From contig DXJG01000001.1 of the NCBI GenBank assembly GCA_019056805.1, positions 150,001 to 182,000 on the forward strand: DNA of 32,000 bases. Reading direction: 5' to 3'. The notes beneath the pieces are model-generated. The model saw only the letters and a list, made by a program, of their open reading frames with translations. It was not told where the DNA came from and ran no database searches. Of the stretch, positions 1 through 9,653 are shown piece after piece. A program made the translations under genes and the position numbers. Positions within the stretch are counted from its first letter, which is position 1; each line of letters starts with the position of its first letter. This DNA comes from Candidatus Baldrarchaeota archaeon (GTDB lineage Archaea; Asgardarchaeota; Baldrarchaeia; Baldrarchaeales; DXJG01).

Positions 1-224
1 TTGAATATCTTTACAATAAAGGGGAACCGGTTTCTGAGATCGAGCTTATTGAAGAATGTTTATCTCCATTTTTTGAAAGCCGTTTTAAGAGATCCATAGA
101 GCCAGATGAGTTCCAAACGCTTAAAAGAGAGCTCAAAAGAGCCGGAATAATTGTAGGAGATCCATATAACGGCTATCAACTCAATAAAGAGTTGCTCCCC
201 AAAATTACTTCGGTTCAAAACTAG
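1..224 (+). CDS. 3' end of a protein-coding gene entering the window (possible winged-helix-like C-terminus)
   Basis: The frame starting at nt 3 is open to TAG at 222-224: EYLYNKGEPVSEIELIEECLSPFFESRFKRSIEPDEFQTLKRELKRAGIIVGDPYNGYQLNKELLPKITSVQN*. It overlaps the convergent ATPase gene by 20 nt. Not in the ORF track because it lacks a start. Confidence 0.65.
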   Translation, partial: EYLYNKGEPVSEIELIEECLSPFFESRFKRSIEPDEFQTLKRELKRAGIIVGDPYNGYQLNKELLPKITSVQN

Positions 225-3200
225 TTAACATCCTTTCTTTTTTCCCTACTTCATTATATTTATCAAAATTTAACATTTTAACTAATTTCTGCCCGTATTC
301 TGTTATTTTATATGTCTGAGGCCCAACCCTTTTCGCTAAAGGATATTTCCAAGCATCTTTCCTTGTTAATAATTCACATACATCTTCCACAACTTTTTCA
401 ATAAGCTTTAGTTCTCTTGCTAACTCATTAACTGTTGCTATTTCACGTTCCGCTATTTTCTGGAGTACTATCATCTTTAATGGCGACATTCTAACTTTCC
501 TTAGGATTTCGAATAATTCTGATGGGTTAACGTTTTCTGTAAGGTTCAAGTGATTGTTATATTTTTTAAAACTATGAAAATGTGGCGGCATATGGATTTG
601 ACTAGGTGATTGTATGTAGTTTTTTAGTTCTGTTAACTGATTTACAGCAAATATTTTTACAGGTAAGTTGTATTCTCCTAGATATTTTTCAGCTAGTTCT
701 AGGTTTTTATCTTCTACTATGAGTATAACTTCCCTACTTCCCCTCTTTTCTGCTTCCTTTACTAAGCTCAGAATTTTACCTAAAAATTCGTATTTGTTTT
801 TTAGTTTGTCTAATATTGCTATATGCTGTTCATTTATGGTGGAAAGTATGAAAGGGGCATCATCAGGCACACAAAGTTCATTAAGAAAGTTAGCTACTTT
901 TTGTTCAATGCTCCTCTCTGTTACGTAGCCAACTGGTCTTGTGTATATATGTGGGAAATATTTTTTATTGTTTTCTTCTATTTCATGAGCTGATACTTTA
1001 GGTACATTAAACTCTATTGTTTTTAATCTGTAAGGATGCGGAAAATTAGGATGTAAAATGATAGCTTCCCTTTTTGGTAATACTCTTAGATAAGATTCTT
1101 GTTCTTCATTTAAATTCACATGTTTAGCTATAATATGTGAATCTGTTTGAGTTCTAAAAACAACCTTTGTTAAAGCATTTGCAAGTATATGTTCACTTAT
1201 TATCGGTCTTACTGCTGAAAATATTACTCCCTGTCCTGTTGCACGCTCAAGCATAATCATATCTTCGATAGGAGTTCCCTCTATTGTTGTTTTTTTAATT
1301 AATACTTGTGGAACAAGAAATTGAGCTTCCTCTACCACAATTAGATGCTTTAAATCTTCTTGTAACCCCCTACGCAATGCTGCGTCAAAAAAATACTTTA
1401 CTAAGATGTTCATAAGTAGTCTAGCATCTTCTCTTGTACCTTTTAGTCTAACTTTATTTAAATCTATAATGACTTTCTTGTTTAATAAGTTATCAAAATT
1501 AATATTAGGTGGATTCGTGAAAACTTCGCCTAGAGGAGGTCGTGTAAGCTTATCTAATCTATTTTTCAAAGCCTCTATTGTCATAGCTATGGCAGACATG
1601 TTTTTTTGCCATTTTTTCCCAAGACTATCTAATTCCATATAAAGGTCCTTAAAGGTCCTTTTATTAGGATCCATTACAACCCTAGTTAAAGCTTCTCTCA
1701 AAACCCTTTCCATTTGAAGCGATAATTGTGCTTCATGTGCTTCAAATAATGACGAATATATTTCTCTTATAATTGAAAACAACTTTTGAGAATGTTCCTC
1801 AGGTTTGGCACCCATGGGATCAAATAAATTTATATAAAGTGGTGCATATTTCGTTAAAGGTTTCAATACAAGTATCGGTTGATCAATCTTTTTTATTAAG
1901 CCCGCATATTCTCCTTTCCAATCAAATATAACCCATCCGACTTCTGGTTTTAATCTCACCAATTCACATAGTACTCTCTGTATATATCTTGTTTTTCCAA
2001 AGCCAGTCTGTCCTATTACTGTCATGTGCATCGTCAGATCTCTTGGTTGTATTCCTGTCTCAAAAACTTCTTTATCCAAGTACAGAACTTTCCCCAGAAT
2101 CAATGGACCTGTAACTATGGATCTAGGTGGTATTTCAAAGGTAACAGATTCAATACTCGCTGCAGAAGTCGGGAATGGGTTTTCTGGTAGGTGTACATAC
2201 GCTGCTAATCTAAAACTTGACATTGAAATACTTTTTACTCCCTTTAACGGCAATCTAAAGAGTAATCTTCCAATATTTCTCTTCACATCTTTTACTTCAA
2301 AAATTCGTATTTTTACCGTAAATCTTTGACCGCTATAAATGTTAAACAAAATAGTCTTTAATTTTTCCACTTCAAAAAGTACATCTTTCTCCGTATCACC
2401 TAAAATTATAGCGTACGCTTGTACTTTCCATTCTCCTGTTTTTTCAGCTAGTTCTATTTTTTCTATGTATTCTTCTTCTACTTTCATCGCGTCATATCTT
2501 GCCTTTAAACTGAACTTTTCTTCGCTTTTCCTTCTTAATTCTTTGTAAGCATTTTTCATCTTTTGTTCATCTATTTTCTTTTTTAATAATCTTTTTAGGC
2601 CTCTGTTTGGCTTAAATGTGAATATAACCGATATTTGATTTTTCATTTTGACCAAATATTGAATTAAAGCATCTATTTGGGTCTTTTTACTCCATGCCTT
2701 TATTTCGGGAAAATCGGAGATTTCTAGAAGAGCCATATACTTTACTCTATCTTCGCAAATAAGAGCCAAAATATTTTTTCCTTTCCTTATTTCACGTATT
2801 TCTCCACCAACAGGGTTCCATATAGTCTTTCTAAGTTCTTCATCACTCAAACTTCTAAACTTTACTTCTCCGTACGTTGATTGCAGTGTTGAACAAATTT
2901 TACTTCCTTCAATAATTGTTTGAGTTTCTATACCATTTTTACCTGCACAAATGGTATAAAATCTAAGTTTTACGATACCATGTTTAGAAAATATTTCAAA
3001 AGCGACATGAGTGTTTTCTAAAAGATTCTTATTAAGTGCACTTAAGTGATCAGGACCATAAATCCTTTCATATGATTCTTCAGAAGGAGTTTTCCCCCTT
3101 AAAAGCCTTTGCTCGCCTCTAAGGGCAGTTCTAGGTATATTAATTAATTCATTACAAACTAAAACCATTTTGTTTTTTCCGCGGCTAACAGATGCATAGA

Positions 3201-3486
3201 TGTCATCTATTTTCAAAGTTTTTATGTTATATACTCTAGTATCCTTCAAGATTACTAACAACATGATAGATATGAGAAAAAGTATGGTTAATATCCATAT
3301 CATATCAAAAATTGAGTTCAAATTTAAATTCAATGAGAAAAAGATAAATTCGAAAAATGAACTAAAAGAATTTTTTCCGGTAAAAGAACTATATATAAAA
3401 AACATTAAGATTAATAACAAAATAAATTCAAAACAAACTCTACTTATTCTTCCATTGTTTTTTCTATTTTTTCCAAACATTTTCAT
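205..3486 (-). CDS. Membrane-anchored VirB4/HerA(FtsK)-superfamily ATPase (DUF87-type, CedB-like)
   Basis: 1093 aa with two N-terminal hydrophobic segments, Walker A GQTGFGKT, FDWKGEY motif, Walker B LIVVEEAQ, and a C-terminal helix-turn-helix-like region. Confidence 0.8.
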   Translation of the reverse strand: MKMFGKNRKNNGRISRVCFEFILLLILMFFIYSSFTGKNSFSSFFEFIFFSLNLNLNSIFDMIWILTILFLISIMLLVILKDTRVYNIKTLKIDDIYASVSRGKNKMVLVCNELINIPRTALRGEQRLLRGKTPSEESYERIYGPDHLSALNKNLLENTHVAFEIFSKHGIVKLRFYTICAGKNGIETQTIIEGSKICSTLQSTYGEVKFRSLSDEELRKTIWNPVGGEIREIRKGKNILALICEDRVKYMALLEISDFPEIKAWSKKTQIDALIQYLVKMKNQISVIFTFKPNRGLKRLLKKKIDEQKMKNAYKELRRKSEEKFSLKARYDAMKVEEEYIEKIELAEKTGEWKVQAYAIILGDTEKDVLFEVEKLKTILFNIYSGQRFTVKIRIFEVKDVKRNIGRLLFRLPLKGVKSISMSSFRLAAYVHLPENPFPTSAASIESVTFEIPPRSIVTGPLILGKVLYLDKEVFETGIQPRDLTMHMTVIGQTGFGKTRYIQRVLCELVRLKPEVGWVIFDWKGEYAGLIKKIDQPILVLKPLTKYAPLYINLFDPMGAKPEEHSQKLFSIIREIYSSLFEAHEAQLSLQMERVLREALTRVVMDPNKRTFKDLYMELDSLGKKWQKNMSAIAMTIEALKNRLDKLTRPPLGEVFTNPPNINFDNLLNKKVIIDLNKVRLKGTREDARLLMNILVKYFFDAALRRGLQEDLKHLIVVEEAQFLVPQVLIKKTTIEGTPIEDMIMLERATGQGVIFSAVRPIISEHILANALTKVVFRTQTDSHIIAKHVNLNEEQESYLRVLPKREAIILHPNFPHPYRLKTIEFNVPKVSAHEIEENNKKYFPHIYTRPVGYVTERSIEQKVANFLNELCVPDDAPFILSTINEQHIAILDKLKNKYEFLGKILSLVKEAEKRGSREVILIVEDKNLELAEKYLGEYNLPVKIFAVNQLTELKNYIQSPSQIHMPPHFHSFKKYNNHLNLTENVNPSELFEILRKVRMSPLKMIVLQKIAEREIATVNELARELKLIEKVVEDVCELLTRKDAWKYPLAKRVGPQTYKITEYGQKLVKMLNFDKYNEVGKKERMLTSFEPK

Positions 3487-3548
3487 ACCCTAAGGTTGAA
3501 GTATTTGTAAAATGATGTATTTTTCACTAAACATCAGAGTAACCTAAA

Positions 3549-3800
3549 TTATGGTATAATCGCTGTAGGAAGCCCTAAAGTAGCTAAAAATCGAATTATT
3601 ATCGCTAAAATTATGCCATAAAGAAAAAGACGCTTACCAGCATTTGGATCAAAGCGGGACAACCACATAATACAACCAACAATAATAGTTATCGTTGCAG
3701 CAATGTTTCCAATAATTATTAAAATTTCAAAAATTTCCTTAAATCGATTTGCAATGTATTCTACAAAGTTTTGAATACCTTTTTCTTCTAAGAGAAACAT
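3549..3800 (-). CDS. Small two-TM protein, VirB2/TrbC pilin-like (CedA1-like)
   Basis: 83 aa: amphipathic N-helix, hydrophobic helix, short charged loop (SRFDPNAGKR), second hydrophobic helix. Directly upstream of and co-oriented with the ATPase. Confidence 0.55.
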   Translation of the reverse strand: MFLLEEKGIQNFVEYIANRFKEIFEILIIIGNIAATITIIVGCIMWLSRFDPNAGKRLFLYGIILAIIIRFLATLGLPTAIIP

Positions 3801-4180
3801 TTTAACCCCTATTTAGTTTTAACAAAAATATTTAAACTACGATAATTGACACAACGAAATAAAAACTATAGATTTTAACAACCATTATTTAATAATACTA
3901 AGAATACCGGTTCCAAAGAGAAATCTATCAAATTTAACAAATTATAAGGGGTTCATATATTTGAACAGGATTAGAACCGAAACAATTCGAATGGTTTTCA
4001 CAAGAACAAAAATTACTAGCAAGCACAACAAGGGACGCCCAAAAGGAATATAAAATTTACTTTCATCAAACTAAACACAAAATACTATTTTAATGTTTTT
4101 AAACCGATATAAAACCACTATAATAATATTTAAAGCCTAATATAACGTATATCTATGAATATCCATTGGAGGTCCAAAGT

Positions 4181-5119
4181 TTGTCGTGCATGAAGCATGT
4201 TTTACAAGTCATCGATCTACTAGATAACTCAAAAATTTCAGACGAAAAAATAAAGGAGATGTTAAATGAATTTGGAGTAGAAAATGTCAAAATAACTCAT
4301 CTATCTGGATCAAGAGGGAAAACCTGTTTCATAAAAATTCTTATTCCAGGAAAAAATGGTAAGGAACAAAATGGAACTGCACCAACTCTGGGTATAATTG
4401 GCAGACTTGGTGGAGTAGGTGCTAGACCAGAAGTAATTGGAATGGTTTCTGACGCTGATGGAGCCATAGTAGCTCTTGCATGTGCCATAAAACTCGGAGA
4501 ATCACGAAAAAGGGGAGATATTTTAGAAGGAGATGTTATAATAACTACTCATATTACTCCGAATGCACCTATAAGGCCTCACAAACCTGTATCCTTCATG
4601 GATTCACCAATAGACATGACAGAGATGCTAAAACATGAAGTTGATCCTAAAATGGATGCAATTCTTTCAGTGGATGCTACAAAAGGAAATAGAGTCATAA
4701 AGGTGCATGGATTTGCAATAACACCAACAGTAAAAGATGGCTGGATTCTAAAAGTAAGTGATGACCTAATTAATATTTACGAAAGAGTAACAGGTGACAT
4801 CGTAGCTGTTGTACCAATAACTATGCAAGATATAACTCCATACACTAATAATGTATATCATATCAACAGCATCATGCAGCCCTGGTTAATGACAAATGCG
4901 CCAGTCGTAGGCGTTGCAACCACGGCAAGAGTACCTATTCCAGGATGTGGAACAGGCGCAAACTACATTTTAGGATTAGAACAAGCAACTAGATTCTGCA
5001 TAGAAATAGCAAAAGAATTTACAAACGGAAAATGCAAGTTCTATGATGAAAAAGAGTTCAAAATACTAACAAAACTATACGGAAATCTAGGAAGAATATT
5101 TAGAAAAAACCTAAAATAG
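4181..5119 (+). CDS. DUF1177 family protein
   Basis: Motifs TLGIIGRLGGVGARP, SDADGA, DAILSVDATKGNR and YHINSIMQP. TTG start at 4181 chosen from GGAGG at 4168-4172 (the ORF track starts at 4166). Confidence 0.8.
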   Translation: MSCMKHVLQVIDLLDNSKISDEKIKEMLNEFGVENVKITHLSGSRGKTCFIKILIPGKNGKEQNGTAPTLGIIGRLGGVGARPEVIGMVSDADGAIVALACAIKLGESRKRGDILEGDVIITTHITPNAPIRPHKPVSFMDSPIDMTEMLKHEVDPKMDAILSVDATKGNRVIKVHGFAITPTVKDGWILKVSDDLINIYERVTGDIVAVVPITMQDITPYTNNVYHINSIMQPWLMTNAPVVGVATTARVPIPGCGTGANYILGLEQATRFCIEIAKEFTNGKCKFYDEKEFKILTKLYGNLGRIFRKNLK

Positions 5120-5229
5120 CTATTTTATTTCAGATTTCAAAAATATTCTAAGACAACCGGAACTTATAAAGTAACAAAGCATATTTTCACATGCGAAATT
5201 TTAACAAACTTCAATAAAGGTGAACAGAC

Positions 5230-5907
5230 ATTACACATAGAAGAAAAATAAGAGTTGGCATGGTAACGATTGGGCAGTCACCAAGAATTGATGTAACTTC
5301 AGATATTAAAGACATTTTAGGACCAGATATCGAGATAATCGAATGCGGAGCCTTAGATGGACTAACATTCGATGATATAAAAGAACTCGAACCTAAAAAG
5401 AGAGAATACATATTAGTGACTCGCATGCGCGATGGTACGCAAGTAAAAGTCAGTAGAAAGAAAATAATTCAAAAAATACAAAGTTGCATCGAAAAAATTG
5501 AGAACTATGTCGATATAATAATGATCTTATGTACAGGTGATCTTCCAGGGCTAAATTCAAAAAAGCTTTTAATAAAACCCTCTGTTCTCTTATACAACAT
5601 TGTGGTAAGCTTGTTACCGAAGGGAAAACTAGGAATACTTATACCTTCGCCAGATCAGGTAAAGGAAGCTGAAAATAAATGGAGAAAAAGTGGACTAGAA
5701 CTTGTAATCAAAACTTTTCCTCCATACGTAGATGAGAATGTAGAAAAGATAGCGAATGAGTTTCGGAAGGAAAAAGTGGACATGATAGTTTTAGATTGCA
5801 TCGGCTACGGAAGAAAAATTAGCGAAGTGATTAAAAAGATAACAAAAAAACCAGTATTTCTTCCAAGAACATTATTGGCAAGAATTCTAAGAGAACTAAT
5901 TGAATAG
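5230..5907 (+). CDS. AroM family protein (Asp/Glu racemase-like fold)
   Basis: VTIGQSPR, LVTRMRDG and VLDCIGY motifs. First ATG is at 5260, but an in-frame ATT at 5230 with AGGTGA at 5218-5223 restores the N-terminal KIRVG strand. Confidence 0.75.
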   Translation: MTHRRKIRVGMVTIGQSPRIDVTSDIKDILGPDIEIIECGALDGLTFDDIKELEPKKREYILVTRMRDGTQVKVSRKKIIQKIQSCIEKIENYVDIIMILCTGDLPGLNSKKLLIKPSVLLYNIVVSLLPKGKLGILIPSPDQVKEAENKWRKSGLELVIKTFPPYVDENVEKIANEFRKEKVDMIVLDCIGYGRKISEVIKKITKKPVFLPRTLLARILRELIE

Positions 5908-5957
5908 AAAACTCTCATCGTAATTTTGTCACTAAATTAGCAATGAAAGAGACATAA

Positions 5958-7211
5958 TTATGCTAAAAAGTCTATGGCTACACCAGCATACACTTTAGCC
6001 GCTGTCACAACATCTTCAACCCTTACTCTTTCATTATATCCATGAATACCTTTTACTTCGGCAGGACCATAATGGATGGTCGGAATACCCTTAAGCCTAA
6101 AGTATCTGGCATCGCTAGAAGCCCATTGGACGAAAACGTCAGGATTAATACCCAGAATCTCTTTTATATTACGTTTTATCAAAGAAACTAATCGTGTAGT
6201 CGGCGAAGTATAATTAGGTTCTATTCCAGCTATTACATTTATTGAGACATCATCTTTAAAGTCTTTTAATAATTCTTCTAGCTTCTCCTCAGCTTCTTTC
6301 ACAGAAAACCCTATGGGCAGTCTTATATCGACTTCCATTTCACACTTATCTGGAACCACATTTATCTTATTACCTCCCCTAATGGTACCTACATTAACTG
6401 TAGGAGAACTTAAGATTCTTCCAATACCCTTTTCTTCTATCAACGCTTCGACCATTAACTTAGACTTTTCCACAATATCAATTATATCATCAGGAGCTTT
6501 AACTTCAACTTCTATTAGTCTCAATAACGTATTCATAACTTTACAAGCCGTTAAAATAGCGTTTTCTCCCTTATATGGAGAAAGACTACCATGAGTCGGA
6601 AAACCGCGTACTGTGATTTTAATCCAAAGCGCTCCACGCTGCCCTATATCAATGAATGTTAACCCAGTAGGTTCCGCGACAATGCACGCATCAGGCTTTA
6701 TAATACCACGCATCATAAGCCATCCGGTTCCAAATTTTCCTCCAGTTTCCTCATCCGGAACTAATGTTAATGTCAATGTTCCATTTAATTCTACTTCGAG
6801 TTCAGCAAGGAGTTCCATAACACTAATAATCCCTGCCAATCCACCTTTCATATCAGATGCTCCACGACCTAAAATATAACCATTCTTTACCTCTCCACTA
6901 AAAGGTGGAAAATCCCATTTTTCTCGTTCCCCAACTGGAACTACATCCATATGACCATTAAATACTAAGTTTGATTCGTTTCTGTTTTTTCCAATACTGC
7001 AAATCAGGTTGATTTTACCTTTTTCAGGTTCATACTGCTTGCAATGTAAACCGTATTTCTCTAAATGATTTCTGATGAATTCAGCTATTTCTGTCATATC
7101 ACCTGGAGGATTCTCACTTGGTATTTTTATTAAATCACAAGTAAATCTAATAATATTATTTTTGTAAGCATCTATTTTCTTCCAAACTTCTTCTTTTAAC
7201 TGCTGAGACAA
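5958..7211 (-). CDS. M20 family metallopeptidase (ArgE/DapE-like)
   Basis: Motifs FNGHMDVVP, GRGASDMKGG, PDEETGG, EPT and HGYNE. TTG start with GAGGTG upstream. Confidence 0.9.
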   Translation of the reverse strand: MSQQLKEEVWKKIDAYKNNIIRFTCDLIKIPSENPPGDMTEIAEFIRNHLEKYGLHCKQYEPEKGKINLICSIGKNRNESNLVFNGHMDVVPVGEREKWDFPPFSGEVKNGYILGRGASDMKGGLAGIISVMELLAELEVELNGTLTLTLVPDEETGGKFGTGWLMMRGIIKPDACIVAEPTGLTFIDIGQRGALWIKITVRGFPTHGSLSPYKGENAILTACKVMNTLLRLIEVEVKAPDDIIDIVEKSKLMVEALIEEKGIGRILSSPTVNVGTIRGGNKINVVPDKCEMEVDIRLPIGFSVKEAEEKLEELLKDFKDDVSINVIAGIEPNYTSPTTRLVSLIKRNIKEILGINPDVFVQWASSDARYFRLKGIPTIHYGPAEVKGIHGYNERVRVEDVVTAAKVYAGVAIDFLA

Positions 7212-7483
7212 AGAAAAAACACCTCACATAGAGAATTATAATAGATAGCCTAACTTATGTATTTAAATTGATTGTTCGCTTAGATGACGGCAACGTTTAA
7301 TGTTTTGGTACATCGTATCCCTGAAATTAAAATATAGATACGTTAGTTACATGTTAACCTTTAATTTTTGCTTAAAAACGTAATAATATCAAAACTAATT
7401 CAACTATCCAGCTTTTCTAATAACAACTTCAATACACAGCAATAATTTGAACAATTAAAATTAAAGTAAAGAAGATTAAGAAA

Positions 7484-8929
7484 TTATCCTGTATACTTGT
7501 AGCGTCCCGTTTTCCTAGCCCATTCAATTGTGTCAGGATCAATTCGTTTCATTTCAGCTGGTTCGATCATAGATAATAGATCCCAAGCTAAGTCCAACGT
7601 ATCGTCAAAGGTTCTATTTTCGAACTCACCTTGATTTATGAATCGTCTTTCAAATTCATCTGCAAATTGCAGGAACTTTCTATCTCTTTCGGTCAGAGCT
7701 TCTTCACCTACTACTTCGACAAGCTCACGCAGATCGCATCCTTCACTATAAGCATAATAAAGTTGGTCGCTAACTTCTCTATGGTCAAATCGTGTAAGTC
7801 CTTCACCGATACCTTCTTTCATCAGTCTGGACAGACTTGGACGGGGATCTATAGGGGGATATATACCCTTACGGTGAAGTGCTCTATCTAAAATAAGCTG
7901 GCCCTCTGTTATATAACCACTAAGGTCTACTACGGGGTGTGTAATATCGTCGTGCGGCATCGTGAGAATAGGCATCTGGGTGATTGTACCCTTCCTTCCA
8001 TGAATTCTTCCAGCTCTTTCATATATTGTAGCGAGATCGGTATATAGATACCCAGGGTAACCACGACGTCCAGGTACTTCTTCTCTCGCTGCTGAAATTT
8101 CTCGTAATGCTTCTGCATAATTTGTTATGTCCGTTAATATCACTAATATGTGATAGTCCTGGGTGTATGCTAAATATTCTGCTGTTGTTAAAGCTATTCG
8201 TGGCGTTATAAGCCTCTCTATAGCGGGGTCATTTGCTAAGTTTAAAAACAACACAGTATGTTCCAATGCTCCTGTTTTCTTGAAGTTTTGATAGAAGTAC
8301 GTAGCTTCTTCTTGTGTTATACCCATCGCTGCAAATACTATAGCGAATTCTTCCTCCTTTCCCGGTACTGTCGCCTGTCTTGTTATTTGTGCCGCTATTC
8401 TATTGTGTGGCATTCCACTGCCTGAAAATAATGGTAACTTTTGACCCCTGACCAGTGTGTTCATCCCATCTATTACCGATATACCTGTTTGTATCGGTTC
8501 TCGAGGATATTCTCTTGCATAGGGATTTATAGGTGCCCCGTGAATATCCCAGTAATCCTCCGGTATTGGAGGTGGCTGGTGATCTAAGGGCCTACCCGAA
8601 CCGTCAAACACACGGCCTAGCAAATCTGTGGATACTGGTAGTTTTAATGTAGTTCCTGTAAATCTAACAATTGTCTTTGAAGTATCTAATCCGTGCGTTC
8701 CTTCGAACACCTGAACTACGGCGAAATTTTTAGTAGTCTCTAATACTGTTCCACGGCGTTTTTCCCCATCTGGAGTTTCTACCTCTACTACTTCCCCATA
8801 AGCTACATCCCTTATTTTCTCTATGAAAAGGAGAGGCCCCGCTACTTCTGTTACAGTTTTGTACTCTATTTTAGTATGTGGATCTTCCATTATTTTGGAA
8901 GTTGTAGGATTATGTTCATGTTTTGGCAA
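7484..8929 (-). CDS. atpB: A/V-type ATP synthase subunit B (stand-alone, somewhat divergent)
   Basis: Motifs [44 protein letters not shown] and PSLSRLM. TTG start at 8929 chosen from GAGGTGA at 8937-8943 (the ORF track starts at 8983). Confidence 0.93.
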   Translation of the reverse strand: MPKHEHNPTTSKIMEDPHTKIEYKTVTEVAGPLLFIEKIRDVAYGEVVEVETPDGEKRRGTVLETTKNFAVVQVFEGTHGLDTSKTIVRFTGTTLKLPVSTDLLGRVFDGSGRPLDHQPPPIPEDYWDIHGAPINPYAREYPREPIQTGISVIDGMNTLVRGQKLPLFSGSGMPHNRIAAQITRQATVPGKEEEFAIVFAAMGITQEEATYFYQNFKKTGALEHTVLFLNLANDPAIERLITPRIALTTAEYLAYTQDYHILVILTDITNYAEALREISAAREEVPGRRGYPGYLYTDLATIYERAGRIHGRKGTITQMPILTMPHDDITHPVVDLSGYITEGQLILDRALHRKGIYPPIDPRPSLSRLMKEGIGEGLTRFDHREVSDQLYYAYSEGCDLRELVEVVGEEALTERDRKFLQFADEFERRFINQGEFENRTFDDTLDLAWDLLSMIEPAEMKRIDPDTIEWARKTGRYKYTG

Positions 8930-9352
8930 AGAGTTTTCACCTCGTAAATGCATAACTCGTTTTAACCAGTTAATTGTATACATACGACTGTGTGGTGTTT
9001 TAGTGTTTTATAGATAAATATGTTTGGTTACCATGAGCATATAACTATACATACCTTAGTGGTCTATTCTTCGATATTGCGATATTTGTTACACTTTTGA
9101 CATTATTCGTTTCTTTGACATTTTTCTTTAGGAGATATGATGTCTCTTACCGTGTTTTATATAATTTTAGTAGTTTCTAGTCTTTGTTTCAAGTATAGAT
9201 GTTTCAATATCTCTAGTGTATGTTTTATCGTTGTACTCTGCGTGGATTCTTTTAAATGTTCATTATGAGATTTTATAAGATTTGCCGTAATGGAAGTTTT
9301 TATATAAGCTTTATTGAAATTATTATTAAGCCTTATTTGGGGGCGGTGACTG

Positions 9353-9568
9353 ATGCGATCAAGTTTACCCCCGTCAGCTTTACAAATCTATAAGGTTTTG
9401 AAGAAAAAACACATGGTCACCGCCAAAGATCTTTTACAGGAGGTACCCTATAGCCCTAGAACTGTGCGATATGCGGTTAAGATCCTCGTAGAGAGGGGGT
9501 TAGTAAAAAGGGTTCCTGTACTAGGAGATACAAGACAGTTTATGTATATACTCGTACTAAATAGATAA
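9353..9568 (+). CDS. Small winged-helix transcriptional regulator (MarR/ArsR-like)
   Basis: 71 aa with the wHTH pattern SPRTVRYAVKILVERGLVKR; GGTGA ribosome-binding site; TTTTATATA box at about 9297-9305. Confidence 0.8.
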   Translation: MRSSLPPSALQIYKVLKKKHMVTAKDLLQEVPYSPRTVRYAVKILVERGLVKRVPVLGDTRQFMYILVLNR

Positions 9569-9653
9569 TGTAGGGATATACAGTTTTTAATGATTTCATA
9601 CTTTTACCTCTTTCGACATTTTTGTCTAGTCCGATATTGGTTTGCTTATCTAG

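Noticed and set aside
3850-4075. Possible small ORF or pseudogene in the 3801-4165 gap
   Set aside because: The frames lack good starts or contain stops, and no family resemblance was recognised.
9137-9268. 43-aa hydrophobic ORF with AGGAG upstream, and a nearby TTTGACATT direct repeat (9096-9104, 9114-9122)
   Set aside because: Composition reflects T-rich intergenic DNA and there is no recognisable motif. The repeat has only two AT-rich copies.
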